Origin: Lingula anatina
Taxonomy: Eukaryota > Animalia > Brachiopoda
Reading direction: 5' to 3'
DNA length: 64,000 bases
Assembly (NCBI GenBank): GCA_051362555.1
Contig: CM120641.1
Location: 39,128,401 to 39,192,400 of the forward strand
The notes under the pieces were generated by a model. The model was not told the origin of the DNA and searched no databases. It saw nothing but the letters and a program-made list of their open reading frames with translations. Shown piece after piece: positions 38,101 to 49,217 of the stretch. Each line of letters starts with the position of its first letter. Positions within the stretch are counted from its first letter, which is position 1. The position numbers and the translations under genes were made by a program.

Positions 38101-40299
38101 AAGTCACATTTGGCAAGTTTCGGTTACATTTTAAGTAATATTAGCGCGATTCAGGTGTGTTGCTTAGGTTTGGTACAAGCAAAAAACGTATACAATGTAC
38201 GCTAGACCAGAAAAAAATTCTGGAAATGTCAATAAATTGCCTTTCTTCACCAAGGTGGTCAAGGCCAAAGACTGCTGGGAAAAGCCCCACCCCCACCCCC
38301 ACCCCCCACCCGCCCCAAGATTTTGAAGGAAAAAAACAATTTTTATGTAGACTTTTTTCTTTTTAGAGGGCTATAACCTTTTCTTGATTTTTAGATAAGA
38401 GTGAAATTTACCCGTCCCCACCTACATTTCGAAAGTGACTAAAAAATCAGAAACTTATAACTCAAAAACTGATCTTTATTTAGTCAATCGTAATTTTGGA
38501 TATGCTACACCTTGGTATTTATTATTATTATTATTATTATTATTTATTGCTTTATAAAGGTCTGACGTTCATAGTGTGTCTTGAAGCACTATGTTGCTTT
38601 ACTACTCATATCACAAATTTAATAAATTTTATTTAATAATGTTGAAACTTTGTGGTTGAATAAGTGTTTCATAATACACTCCTTGTTTGCATGAAGTATT
38701 TGCTAATTTTCGACTATGGTTTGTGGAGATTGGATACAACGTGCATGATAATAAGTTGTGCTAAATGTAACTTCTCATTTGCATGCTCTCCTGCACCACA
38801 ATATGTGGAATTATGCATGTTTTCTCCAGAGTAAAAAGTGGTCTCTACTTCCTCACTGGTTCATGCTATAGACACACTTAATTCAAGGTACCTCTCTACT
38901 TGAGCATGTTCTCAATTGTTGAAAACGGTTTCGGTCTTTCCTGGTTACTTTTTAATGGAATGATCATAATCTTCTACTCTAGTGGGACAGGAGCAGATTT
39001 GACAGAATTGCTCGAAAAAAGTATCTTGGTCCTCTGATCTTGCACTTGGTTCTTCATCTTGCTATTGCTTCTTTTCCGCGAAAGACTGTCGCGAGTTTTG
39101 GTATTCCCTTTCATGTCGGATCTTATTGTTCCTTTTCTGTCGTATTTTATAATTCATAAATCCTTTCTTGCTGATGTTGTAACTTTTCTCCATATTCTCC
39201 TGGATTTTCTGAATATTCTTCTGACAATTTTCTGTTGAGAAGTCATAGGTAAGTCATCCGACTTCAACATCTTCACGACAGTTAATTGTGTTTGTCCATG
39301 GCTTATCCTTCTTAGGTTTACCAAAACTCGCTGAATGGGCTAGTTCATCAAGGTAAACTTTTTACTTGAGGATTTCTGCAAACATTGTAAGTATTTGGGT
39401 TCAAACTTAAACTTTTCTTGGTCGTCGTGGCTGAAATTCCAGGCATAAAGAGATGCACCCTAGTTAAACAAGCAGAGCTACTTTGGGCGACTTCGTATAG
39501 ATCACCAATAATAGTTTGCAAGATCAATGTGAAGGTTTTTCACCCAGTGCTTGGCTGTAAATCGTTCTCATTTTCACACATTGCAGTGCTAGGGCAGATT
39601 ATATATGATGATGATATCAAACTTTTTTTACTTTAGAGATAAAAAATAACTGATAATTGGGAATACGTTTCACAATTTCTTTCTTTGTTTATCCACATCA
39701 GCGAAACCAAATTGATACTGTCACAGATGTTCTCATATCATGTCGAGAATTTTTTGTGGTTTTCTTTACCACGTCGTTTTTCAAAGTACCAGTGGATTAC
39801 GATTATTGCTAAATAATACCATTTCATCATATATAACTAATGCTACTTTTTTTCTTTTCTTCTTTAAAAGGCACAAAAGAAACACCGTACGAGTGATCAA
39901 GACGTTAAAGCAGTGGAAACAACTTTTCCAAAGATTGAATTGCTGGACTCACCGTCTAAAATCATAACATCAACAAGTGCAGACAGTATGACAGGCAATC
40001 TCTCTCTATTAGAAGACAAGTACCAGCAGTTATTCCTGATCGGAAACCAAAATACTCGGAACTTTCTTAATCCAAGAATTGCTCGTGCGTACATGTTAAT
40101 AAAACAAACAAAACTGGCATCCAGAAGCATGCCAGAAATCGGAGGGAAGGGAATAGAGTCGGTCCATGCCAGAGAACGACGTAGACGACTTTCAACACTT
40201 ATGTGCCTCCCTTCCATAAAAAGCGTGAGTGTGGGCGAAGTGGGGTTTTATTACCGCTCGGGACAATCGGGAGCTTCTCACGCGTCCCCCAGGCGTTGA
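35169..40299 (+). CDS. Uncharacterised protein B, 3 coding exons, ~800 aa; paralog of protein A, with degenerate tau/MAP-like repeats
   Basis: Exons 35169-35234 (MADIFEDDFFSERIQNLPQHLQ|gtaagt), 35612-37519 (ttgcag|VAFYK...EKKM|gtaaga), 39871-40299 (ttaaaag|AQKKHR...SPRR*); all phase 0, joining ORF-track ORFs 35606-37564 and 39913-40299. Confidence 0.8.
35918..36025 (+). repeat. 54-bp in-frame tandem repeat (VEEAKETLPSPKPITPDx, 2 copies)
   Basis: Near-identical units 35918-35971 and 35972-36025. Confidence 0.95.
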
Positions 40300-40459
40300 T
40301 TTGTGGTATACATACTAGCGAAAAGGACCAGATACAGCCAATCTTGACATGCAGGAAAAGAATATTTAATTTCATTAAAAGTAAAAATAATAGACTTGAA
40401 GGAATTAATTGGGATATTTATATATCAGCTTATTTAGCATGGCATGTTACTTGTGGCAT

Positions 40460-40461
<2 letters not shown>

Positions 40462-40504
<43 letters not shown>
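40462..40504. repeat. Poly(A) tract
   Basis: About 40 consecutive A downstream of the gene B stop. Confidence 0.9.
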
Positions 40505-40506
<2 letters not shown>

Positions 40507-40836
40507 TTTTGAAGTCCAATTTAATAATAAATAGGAATTAAACTTTCAAACTTATTGTTATATGTAGATATTGTCATTCTATTTGCCCTTTCTTTTTTAT
40601 GTACAGATACATCGTGTCTGTACATATAGCCATCATCTACGTCTATCGTGTGCACTTCGCACTGTTAACGGAATAAATGGAAATCGTGTGACTTATTAAA
40701 CTTGAAGATATTGGAGCGATTTCTGGCTCTAAGATAGCATCTTTATTGGGCCGTTTTTCTTCAAGTTATGCAGTCCATCATTACTTTTTGCCTATTGTCT
40801 GTATATTTCACAGTTTTGCTGCCTTGCAACATATTT

Positions 40837-40837
<1 letters not shown>

Positions 40838-40867
<30 letters not shown>

Positions 40868-40899
40868 CTATAGGCTCTAAATGATGATGATGATGAACA
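40838..40899. repeat. Inverted (CAT)n/(ATG)n microsatellite hairpin
   Basis: TGTTCATCATCATCATCAT ... ATGATGATGATGATGAACA. Confidence 0.85.
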
Positions 40900-41704
40900 T
40901 ATTTTTTATCAAAACAAAGCAGAACTTACTGTATTACAATATATTTGCTCAAGAAAAATTTTCTGTCTGGGGAATAGCTAGAGTTGCGTATCTGTGTGGG
41001 TAAAACTGGAATTTGCACCTTATTCACATCAATTCCTGTTTTACATCAAGCTGCAATGTCGAAACCAGTTCTTATAATTGTTGAAGGAAAGAAGGCAATG
41101 AATTCAGCTTGTCAGGGTCTGATATGAATTATACTGTTTGCGCCGCAGCTATGGCCATAAACGAAACAGTTATAAATAATACAGGAACACAAATATATTG
41201 TGTTGTGGGGATTTTTTCTATCTAATAGGAAAAGCATGAAAAAGTATTGACAAGTACGCATGCATAATAATAATACTAAAAAAATAAAATAAAGACCAAC
41301 CAACCAATGTTGTGATACGAAATTGGATCAAGTTCTTGATTTTACCTTAAAAAAAAAAAAAAAAAAAAGTCACTTAAATTTTGTAGCCCATATAACAATC
41401 TTCAGGTAAAACTCGCCGAAATCTGCGGTATGCGGAGTGTGTACTGCTTACAACATTTCCAGCATAAGTGTAATCATGACATTTGATGTTTTCCATAATG
41501 GACGAAGTATATATTACAGGCTGATTTATAGAGTAAAAAAGATTAGATTTACGTGAGGCTTAATTATGGATAATGGAAAAAATCTGCGTTGTAGATAAAA
41601 CAAGGGGTTATGGAAGAACTCCCAGTCAGAGTTGTAGGTGAATCTTAATATTTCGTATTTCGTACATGTATTCACATCTAGAGTTTTTGTCTTTAACGTA
41701 CCCT

Positions 41705-41830
41705 TTAAATAAAGTACGCACATGCATACTGAGGTTACTTGTGGCCCGATTTTAGGGAATTAACGAGCGTTCCAATGTACTTTAAAATCGGGGCAGAAGT
41801 AAACACAGTTTTTGTGCTTTATTTTAATAA
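41705..41830. repeat. Degenerate inverted repeat (MITE relic)
   Basis: ACTGAGGTTACTTGTGGCCCGATTTTAGGG pairs imperfectly with CTTTAAAATCGGGGCAGAAGTAAACACAGT. Confidence 0.5.
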
Positions 41831-42175
41831 ATATCTTACAGTTCGCCTAATGAAATTCCACCTATAAATCAGTAGCTTGAAGGCAAATATGACCTCCATC
41901 TAATGAGTGAGTGCTCTTGACACCCATGGAAAGGAAGACGCTCCCGTTATCTAAATAGTAAGGGCAGAATTTAAGACATGCTGTAATGAGCGTTAAACCT
42001 TTACATATAGTCAAAGAAAGAAAAAAAATCTGTAACATTTCAGTAGTTTTACTTTTATCGCCAAGGTATAACCTATCCAATACCTTCTTGTGAATCAACA
42101 TCTATAAGTCTTTTCCAAAGTTCTTTATTTCGGTTTTTACTGTTTCGCGGGATACTCCAATCTTCTTTTCCATTA

Positions 42176-43597
42176 CACTGTAAAAACAGTGTTTAGCTCT
42201 GAGACACATTTCTAAGCGCCTGTTTTGTCTCATTTTTTCCACGCGTTTAGCACCTAAGCACGTTTAGCCTATTAACATGTTACACGCTTTGACGTGCTTG
42301 TCGCCTAATAAATGTAGGGTGTATTTGTTTAACTTTAAGGTTGTAACGTTTTCAACTGTTTCAGTCACTCTCACACACACGCGCGGGCGCGCGCGGGAAG
42401 TCACGGTCACCTTTGACTGCTATAGCTATCTCTATCTATAACAGGGTACCGTGAACTGTCAACATAATTGATTCACACCATCATCTTTACAGCGGGACTT
42501 ATTCATCTTTGTGTTAGCTGACCTTGCGAGGAAGTTAATTGGAATATATTTCTGAAAAACAAGTTAGGAAAATTCACTAGTTTACGAAAGACACGAAACA
42601 ACTATCACTTTTACTTTAAAACATTTTTTTCATATTTTGATAAAATGCGTTAAAGGTATTGATGCTCATTTATTTTTTCCGGAAGTAATGAACAATAGAA
42701 CATCAGGATGATGGTGGGATATTCATTATAATGGTTTATTTAAGCTTTCATCACATGCTGGTTATTTTGGTAACGATAGTCCGAATATTTTTCAAATGGC
42801 ACCGCTCTAGTCGCCGACTAACCCAAGCCCATTTTGGAATTAACCGCTAACTGTAGTTCATACAGCATAAGACGTGTTTTGGTGATTAATAAAAAGTTTT
42901 CAAAACATTAAATAATGTTTTTCCAGAATGTTATAAAACGCTTATAAAACTGCAAGGGCATAATTTTGCATGGAGTTAAAAACACCCATAACGTTACCAT
43001 GACGTTATTCTATACCATCACCATCATGTAACCAGCTGATAACTTCGTGAAAACGTTATTTGTTATTTGGATTATTACTTAATAGGCCTATTTTAAATAA
43101 TCACACGTTACTGCAAGGAAGGATACAACGCGTTCGAGCAGGCTGCTTCTCGCCTCCAACAGCCCCATATGTGTACAAGGGGAAGTGTTAAGCAAAATTG
43201 TTGAGTCTTGTAATAAACTTGATATGGGATCGTATATATGGGATTGTGAAGCATCTTTTTCTGTGACGAGCTTGAAAAGCTAAACATGTTGTTTAGCAGC
43301 TCCACGCGTTAAGGAATTCCACACCTATAGCAGCTCCATATGTTTAGCAGCCTCACGCGCTTAGCAGGGGAAGTGCTTAGCCAATGTGCTTAGCTTGTGA
43401 TAGTCTTGTTATAGAATCATATGCCGGTGAAGCTAAACACATAGCTAAACGTGTAACAATGCCAACGTGTCTAGCTTTTTCTTCTGTGAAACGTTTGAAA
43501 AGCTATACGCGTTTAGCATTTACACAGGTTTCTAAATGCGTATAGGTGCCTAACGTGTGTTGTATGTATTTAAATGCTAAACACTGTTTTTACAGTG
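42176..43597. mobile_element. Non-autonomous CACTA/CMC-EnSpm-like DNA transposon (1422 bp)
   Basis: Perfect 22-bp TIRs CACTGTAAAAACAGTGTTTAGC / GCTAAACACTGTTTTTACAGTG, TA flanks (42174-42175, 43598-43599), many subterminal GTTTAGC/GCTTAGC/GCTAAAC repeats at both ends, no transposase ORF. Confidence 0.88.
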
Positions 43598-43974
43598 TAC
43601 GGGATTGTCTCAGAACGAACGGATAGTTGTAAAACTTTCAAATCAAAATTAAAACTGTGCGACTGCCGGCTTTCAGTGATTTAAAGACATTTTTCATAAT
43701 CTGCTCTACACACGTCACACAGACATTTTTGACAAATCTACAGTACACATGTTATTTTATAAACAAAAATATTATGATGACTGCAGCTTTTTTATCCTGT
43801 CCTTGTACGTATGCAAATCTATTTCAAAATCTGATTTTTGACCAGATAATTATGGCAGTTTAGAGGAGTCGAGTTTTGTGTGCTCGCCCCTTTTGACCTT
43901 TTTGCTAAAATTGGCAGTTACATGTACTGGCGGTCCGATTAATTTTATCTTGAAAAATGCAAGCCTGCATTACA

Positions 43975-44200
43975 TCAGGCATTACACATATCATACCCTG
44001 AACAAATTTTGAGTGGTGATGCAATGCTTTTCAACCCCGCTGAGAATCGTCACTATCACATCGCGTACTAGACAAGAGCGGTTTTGCGTCTGATACTGTG
44101 TAATGCGATCTGACACACACCTTGAAAACGGGTAGTGTGGTCTGATCTACCGGTGAATTCGGGATCATTCGGTGGCGAGTCTGGTAGTTGGGTAGGCCTG
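43975..44200. mobile_element. Truncated second copy of the 23399-23707 MITE
   Basis: Shares TATCATACCC..GAACA..TTTTGAG, GTACTAGACAAGAGCGGT.TTGCGTCTGATACT and the terminus GGTAGTTGGGTAGGCCTG; left TIR missing. Confidence 0.88.
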
Positions 44201-45554
44201 GAGTAGCGGTACAGGAACTTATGGACAAGCCAGATAAATTGTTCTCAAAACAAGATAACGAAGGACAGCAAACTATGAGAAAGTGGGGGGAAAGTCAATG
44301 GACACATTTATTGTCCTTTACTATTGTCACAATTGGTTGATAATGCGTTTCTTAGGCCAGACAAAATTGATTAGTTAGTTTTAACCATGTTAAAGCATGA
44401 GCGACCAAATATAAATATGAGAAAAAATCACATCTATTTGTTTTTCAAAAAAAAAAAAAAAAAAAAAAAAAAACACTTGGCATCGGTTTGTCAAGCGGGA
44501 TAATGTACAATTGATCCACAAAATAACCTTAGTGCTATTATATGCCTAAAATCGCTCACACTGTGGGTTTGACACATCACCCTTGGAAATAAAACCCTAA
44601 AGGCTGTCATGCCCATTAAACATGTTTAAAAAAAAACAAATTTTGTTTACTGATCCCGGTTACAGAGTCGCCACTCCTCTTAATCGTTTGATCAATTTTG
44701 TCTGACCTTCGAGAACTCTACATTCCAGCTATGGCTTACAAGTACAGAGGCTTACAAAATTATACATATGATACAGAGCTTTCACATCAAATGAAACAAC
44801 TAAATATTTACAGGCTTGTCAAACACAAATCACAGAATTATCATTTCTTTCTATGGTTCTGGAAACTGGTATAGGACACAGCAGTCAGTTTATTTTATTT
44901 ATTACCATTGAGAATTTGTTTTGAATAAGATTTAACAGGTCATCTCCCAACTTTTCAATCTGCGTCAAAAAACAACTGACTGTATCAATAAGATATGAAC
45001 AAAAGGAGGAAAAAGAAACAAGAAGAATTTTGTTAATACAACTATACAACATATGTACAAGAAACAAATCTGTCATCATAACATTAGCACAAAGTACAGC
45101 TACCTGTAACATCAGGAACATGTCATCTAAACCACCTACACAAGTAATGCAATTGCGAAATGCATAACTAAATATTTATCATCTAAAAATCTAGCTGTGC
45201 TAGCCATGACGGATGATATTGATTACTCATATAAATCTTATACCTAGATAGTAAAACAAACACAAAATTAACCACAAATATATGGTCTTCAGCAGTTCAT
45301 CAACTAATTACAAGTAAAAATTAGATAAAAGCTCTTTGTGGTGTTTATACTAGTAGAAAAGTAATTCATACTTAATGTATCCCTACACTGCATCAAACAC
45401 AATATTGAAAATTGTAGACAGATCTGATCCCATTTTAACATATTCTACTCACTGTGACAGTAAATTCCAATTATTTCAAATGAAGTGTTCCAGAAACAAT
45501 GATAAAAGAACAAACATAAAATCTGTACATTTTAAGAGCTGTAAAGTTAGAAAG

Positions 45555-48500
45555 TTACTTCTGAGGCATACACTCAGTAGTATGCTTCTTCACATCATCC
45601 CAACTGACACAAAGAATTCTAGAATGACAGAATGCACACTCAAAGGAGCCAATGGCATCTTTCGGTTCTTCCTTAACTTGGGCACTTACACCTGCATCTA
45701 CCTGATTAGTTCCTTGGTTTTTCTGACTGGTCCCAGTATTTGTATTTTGAACTGATTCTGCCTCAGAGTCAGCTGAAAGGCTTGAAAATTCCTGTTCACT
45801 AATATGCCTTTCACCTTCAATGTGAAGCCCACTGGCTTCTTCAGTTTTTGTTGAGGTACTTGGCTGGTCAGGCTCAGTTATAGTATACCCTGGAAATACT
45901 ACTTCTCCAGTTTGATCAGGTGCCACAGATGTGGTTGGTGTGCTGTGCTCCTGTGGTAAGTCTGGGAAGTCCAGGATGCTGTAGTTTTCAAGGTACTGCA
46001 TGGCCATATCACCATAGTAGCCAGCAGCATCTAATGGTTCTCGTTTGATGGCCACATGTTCTTCATTGCCAGAGTGTGACACACTGCCTCTCTGCTGCTC
46101 ATCTGGTGTCCCCATTGTCATACTTTGCTTACCAGATAGTAATTGCCCCCCTTTAGCCACTTTCTGTAAGACAGGCTGAGGAGAACTTTGCACTGTCATA
46201 GATTTATGAAATTTTCTCACGTGGGTAACATATGTAGTTTTACCTGGATCTCGGGCAACACAAGTTTTCACGTGTTCCTGTACACTGTTCCATTCATCAA
46301 ATTTCTTCCCACAGAATTTACATCCAAGTTTCAAAGATTCTGAAGGCCCTACAGAGGGGCCTCTGCCGATCCTGTGTTCAGTTTGGTTTTTTATGCTTTT
46401 TTCCAGTCCTCGTTTACAGAGCCTGACATGTTTCTCAACATCATCCCAAACATTGAATCTTGCATTGCAAAAATGACAACCAAATGATCCTTTCAGAGGT
46501 GGAGAAAAATTAACTGGGTACGACTTTCTTGGTAGATTAGATCTGGAATGCTTATGTCGATAATGTTTTTCATGGAATATCTTATGATAAACTGTTTGGA
46601 GATGAGTATCTGACCTTTTATGAAAAACTGGAGACTTTTTTACCTTATCTTTTTCAAAAACTTTTAAGCTGGAATTTTGTATGTTTATTCTTTTTCTTTG
46701 ACTAGTTTTGTTACGAACACGACCAGCAATAGAATCAGTGACTTCCTTTTTAGATGTCCGACTTTCTTCTTTGGCCTTTGAGGCAGGTGTCTCATTTACT
46801 GATTTCTCCAGATCTGATTCTTCCTCACTTGCATCTTTGTTCTTCAGTAAACTTTTTCTACTTTGCCTTCTTCTCAAATTGGTAGGCATAAGATCCAAAG
46901 CTTGGAGGTGATCTACTTGAAAATCATTTGTCCTTTCATCTTCACTTCTTGTTGATGTATCTGGATTAGTCACCTTAGAGTCAGTGGACCTACAGGAATT
47001 TGGCTTGTTTCTGGAACCCTTTTTGTCAGTTTTTTGTTTTAAGGCCAAACTCTGTGGACTGCATACTTTGGCTGTTCGCCTCTTACTTGTGCTCCTACCT
47101 TGTCGGGGGATTTCATTTTCAGCATGATTTGTGACAGATTTTTCCGTTCCACACTCACTGTCATTTTCTTTCTTTTGTCCTCCCTTTGGAATTTGGATTT
47201 CTTTTTTCTTAATTGCTGGAGTGCCCTCGTTGCCCGAGTCCTCTTCTTGCACACCTTTATATGATAATGGTATTTTAGGCACTAAAACTACAGGCTGCAT
47301 CTGGTTAACATTTCCTGTGGTATCCGACTCTTTTTCCTTAGTGGAGGTTGAAGTCTTTTTTCTCTTCTTTGAACTCTCCTCAGTGCTTGATGATTCTATG
47401 TCGACCTGTTTTCTTTTTAAAGACAATTTAGAAATGGAGGGTGTGGCATTCACATTTTCTAAACTGGGTGTAATCTGATCTTTCTTTTCTGGAGATCCTA
47501 TATTTTCAATTTTTCTGGTACGAGTTTTCAAACTGCTAGTCTCTAAATGCATTTCTTGAGCCTTCGATCCAGACAACGCCTCCTTCTTTGTGAAGTTTCC
47601 AGTCATCCTGACAATCACATCCACTTCTACTTCCGGACCTTTTCTTTGTCCTTTGCTAGTGGCAATGTTTCCAGTAGGTGCAGTTGTCTTACTATCTGGT
47701 TGAGATGCCTTTGCTGTAACTGCACTTTTCCTTGCTACATGTGGTGTATCTAAGGTTGCCTTTTTAACATTTTTTTCTTTAGATGGTCCTGACGTTAGCT
47801 TCTCACCCCGTTTATTTGTCACAGGACTTTCATCTTTTCTTCCTGCCTTTCCCTTTTTCTGTGATTCAGTCTCTCTCATACTGTCATTTACTTTCCCATT
47901 TTGTGTTTCAACATCAGAGGCCTGTGATGGCACTGACAGTTTCACTCCATGTTTAGCTGCACAATTAAAAACATGCTTCTTTAGAGCATCTTCTTTTTCT
48001 ATGAAGGTCCCACAATAAGAACACTTAAACAACACCTTCTTTTTACTTTTACATATAGGCATATGCTTTAACTTTCCATTCCAGGTGTCAAACTTGGCAT
48101 GGCAAAGATGACATGGAAAGACAATAGGGTCAACAGCTTTTTTTCTCTTTACAGATTTAGCTTTTTCAGCTTGTTTGCGACCTTCTTCAGCACATAGTTT
48201 CACTTCACAAGTTTGAGAGTGTTCTAACATAGCATCCCAAGTGTCAAATGAAGAATTACAATAAGAGCATGCCAGCCCTCTCCTTGAGTTCGCTTTTTGG
48301 CCAGAAAAACTCCCTAGGGGGAAAAGTTTGCGCACCTTGGTGCAGAACCTGGTGTGTTGTCTCAGGTGCTCCTCTTTGCCAAATGTCAGTTTACAGTAAG
48401 TGCAAGGAAACTGTGACCTTGCTAACTTCAAAGGAATACAATGTTTTGTGTGTTCCTTCAGGTGATCTTCTCTTCGGAAGGTCAACTTGCAACTTTGACA

Positions 48501-49217
48501 TGTGTATTGGCTTCTTATTGTGGGCTCTTTGGAAGTAGAAGGTTGTGAAACATTAGGAGACTTAGAGCAAACTTCTGTGTGCTTTCTTAATTCCTCAGCC
48601 CCTATCACTGTCTTGCTACAAAATATGCAAGTGAAAGCCTTAGAAGACATACAATTGGAAGCGTGTTGAACAAGTTCTTCCCATTCTTTAAATTTTGAAT
48701 CACATGTCTTGCAAGGAAATGGGCCAGTCGTTCCTTCCTTTTCTTTACGTGCAGCACACCCAGCTGCATGGAGGTAGGCCTCTTCCCAGCCTGCGGAGTC
48801 AAAACCACAAAATGAGCACTTAAACGCTGTTTTGCTTGCAGGTGCAGTGTGTTTATGGATGTTTTTAGAGGTGCACTGCTGGGGATCCACTTCATGACTC
48901 TTCTTTCTGGCAAGTGCTGTTGCAGAGGAATCTGGTTCTAATATTCTCTTCCTCGTTGTCAATGTTGTGGTGTTGCTGGAGGTCTTTGTCTGTTTTGACT
49001 TTGACAATGGTACATTTTCAGTTAAATACCTGGCCTGGTACTGTTCTAGACTTGGCCATGGTGCTTGGCTGCCAGCAGAGGGCAGCAGTGTCTCTGGTTC
49101 AGTTTTGATGCGAGGAATTCCTCCTACCTGGTCTACAGGTACCACTGTCATGGCCGCCTCTGCACTTTCGTACCCTCTATCTGGGGGTTCAGATTTGATG
49201 GTTGCTGAGAATGACAT
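45555..49217 (-). CDS. Multi-zinc-finger nuclear protein, 1220 aa, single coding exon, 11 C-x2-C-x12-H-x3-C (CCHC) fingers
   Basis: Long ORF with ATG; fingers such as FKCSFCGFDSAGWEEAYLHAAGC, YTCQSCKLTFRREDHLKEHTKHC, FGCHFCNARFNVWDDVEKHVRLC; SUMO-consensus IKSE/IKTE/IKRE/VKEE; basic NLS-like KKRKK; upstream acceptor at ~49269. Confidence 0.9.
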   Translation of the reverse strand: MSFSATIKSEPPDRGYESAEAAMTVVPVDQVGGIPRIKTEPETLLPSAGSQAPWPSLEQYQARYLTENVPLSKSKQTKTSSNTTTLTTRKRILEPDSSATALARKKSHEVDPQQCTSKNIHKHTAPASKTAFKCSFCGFDSAGWEEAYLHAAGCAARKEKEGTTGPFPCKTCDSKFKEWEELVQHASNCMSSKAFTCIFCSKTVIGAEELRKHTEVCSKSPNVSQPSTSKEPTIRSQYTCQSCKLTFRREDHLKEHTKHCIPLKLARSQFPCTYCKLTFGKEEHLRQHTRFCTKVRKLFPLGSFSGQKANSRRGLACSYCNSSFDTWDAMLEHSQTCEVKLCAEEGRKQAEKAKSVKRKKAVDPIVFPCHLCHAKFDTWNGKLKHMPICKSKKKVLFKCSYCGTFIEKEDALKKHVFNCAAKHGVKLSVPSQASDVETQNGKVNDSMRETESQKKGKAGRKDESPVTNKRGEKLTSGPSKEKNVKKATLDTPHVARKSAVTAKASQPDSKTTAPTGNIATSKGQRKGPEVEVDVIVRMTGNFTKKEALSGSKAQEMHLETSSLKTRTRKIENIGSPEKKDQITPSLENVNATPSISKLSLKRKQVDIESSSTEESSKKRKKTSTSTKEKESDTTGNVNQMQPVVLVPKIPLSYKGVQEEDSGNEGTPAIKKKEIQIPKGGQKKENDSECGTEKSVTNHAENEIPRQGRSTSKRRTAKVCSPQSLALKQKTDKKGSRNKPNSCRSTDSKVTNPDTSTRSEDERTNDFQVDHLQALDLMPTNLRRRQSRKSLLKNKDASEEESDLEKSVNETPASKAKEESRTSKKEVTDSIAGRVRNKTSQRKRINIQNSSLKVFEKDKVKKSPVFHKRSDTHLQTVYHKIFHEKHYRHKHSRSNLPRKSYPVNFSPPLKGSFGCHFCNARFNVWDDVEKHVRLCKRGLEKSIKNQTEHRIGRGPSVGPSESLKLGCKFCGKKFDEWNSVQEHVKTCVARDPGKTTYVTHVRKFHKSMTVQSSPQPVLQKVAKGGQLLSGKQSMTMGTPDEQQRGSVSHSGNEEHVAIKREPLDAAGYYGDMAMQYLENYSILDFPDLPQEHSTPTTSVAPDQTGEVVFPGYTITEPDQPSTSTKTEEASGLHIEGERHISEQEFSSLSADSEAESVQNTNTGTSQKNQGTNQVDAGVSAQVKEEPKDAIGSFECAFCHSRILCVSWDDVKKHTTECMPQK

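Noticed and set aside
42070-42175. Minus-strand NKELWKRL faintly resembling RNase H, interrupted by the CACTA-like element
   Set aside because: The match is too short, with stops nearby and no other RNase H motifs.
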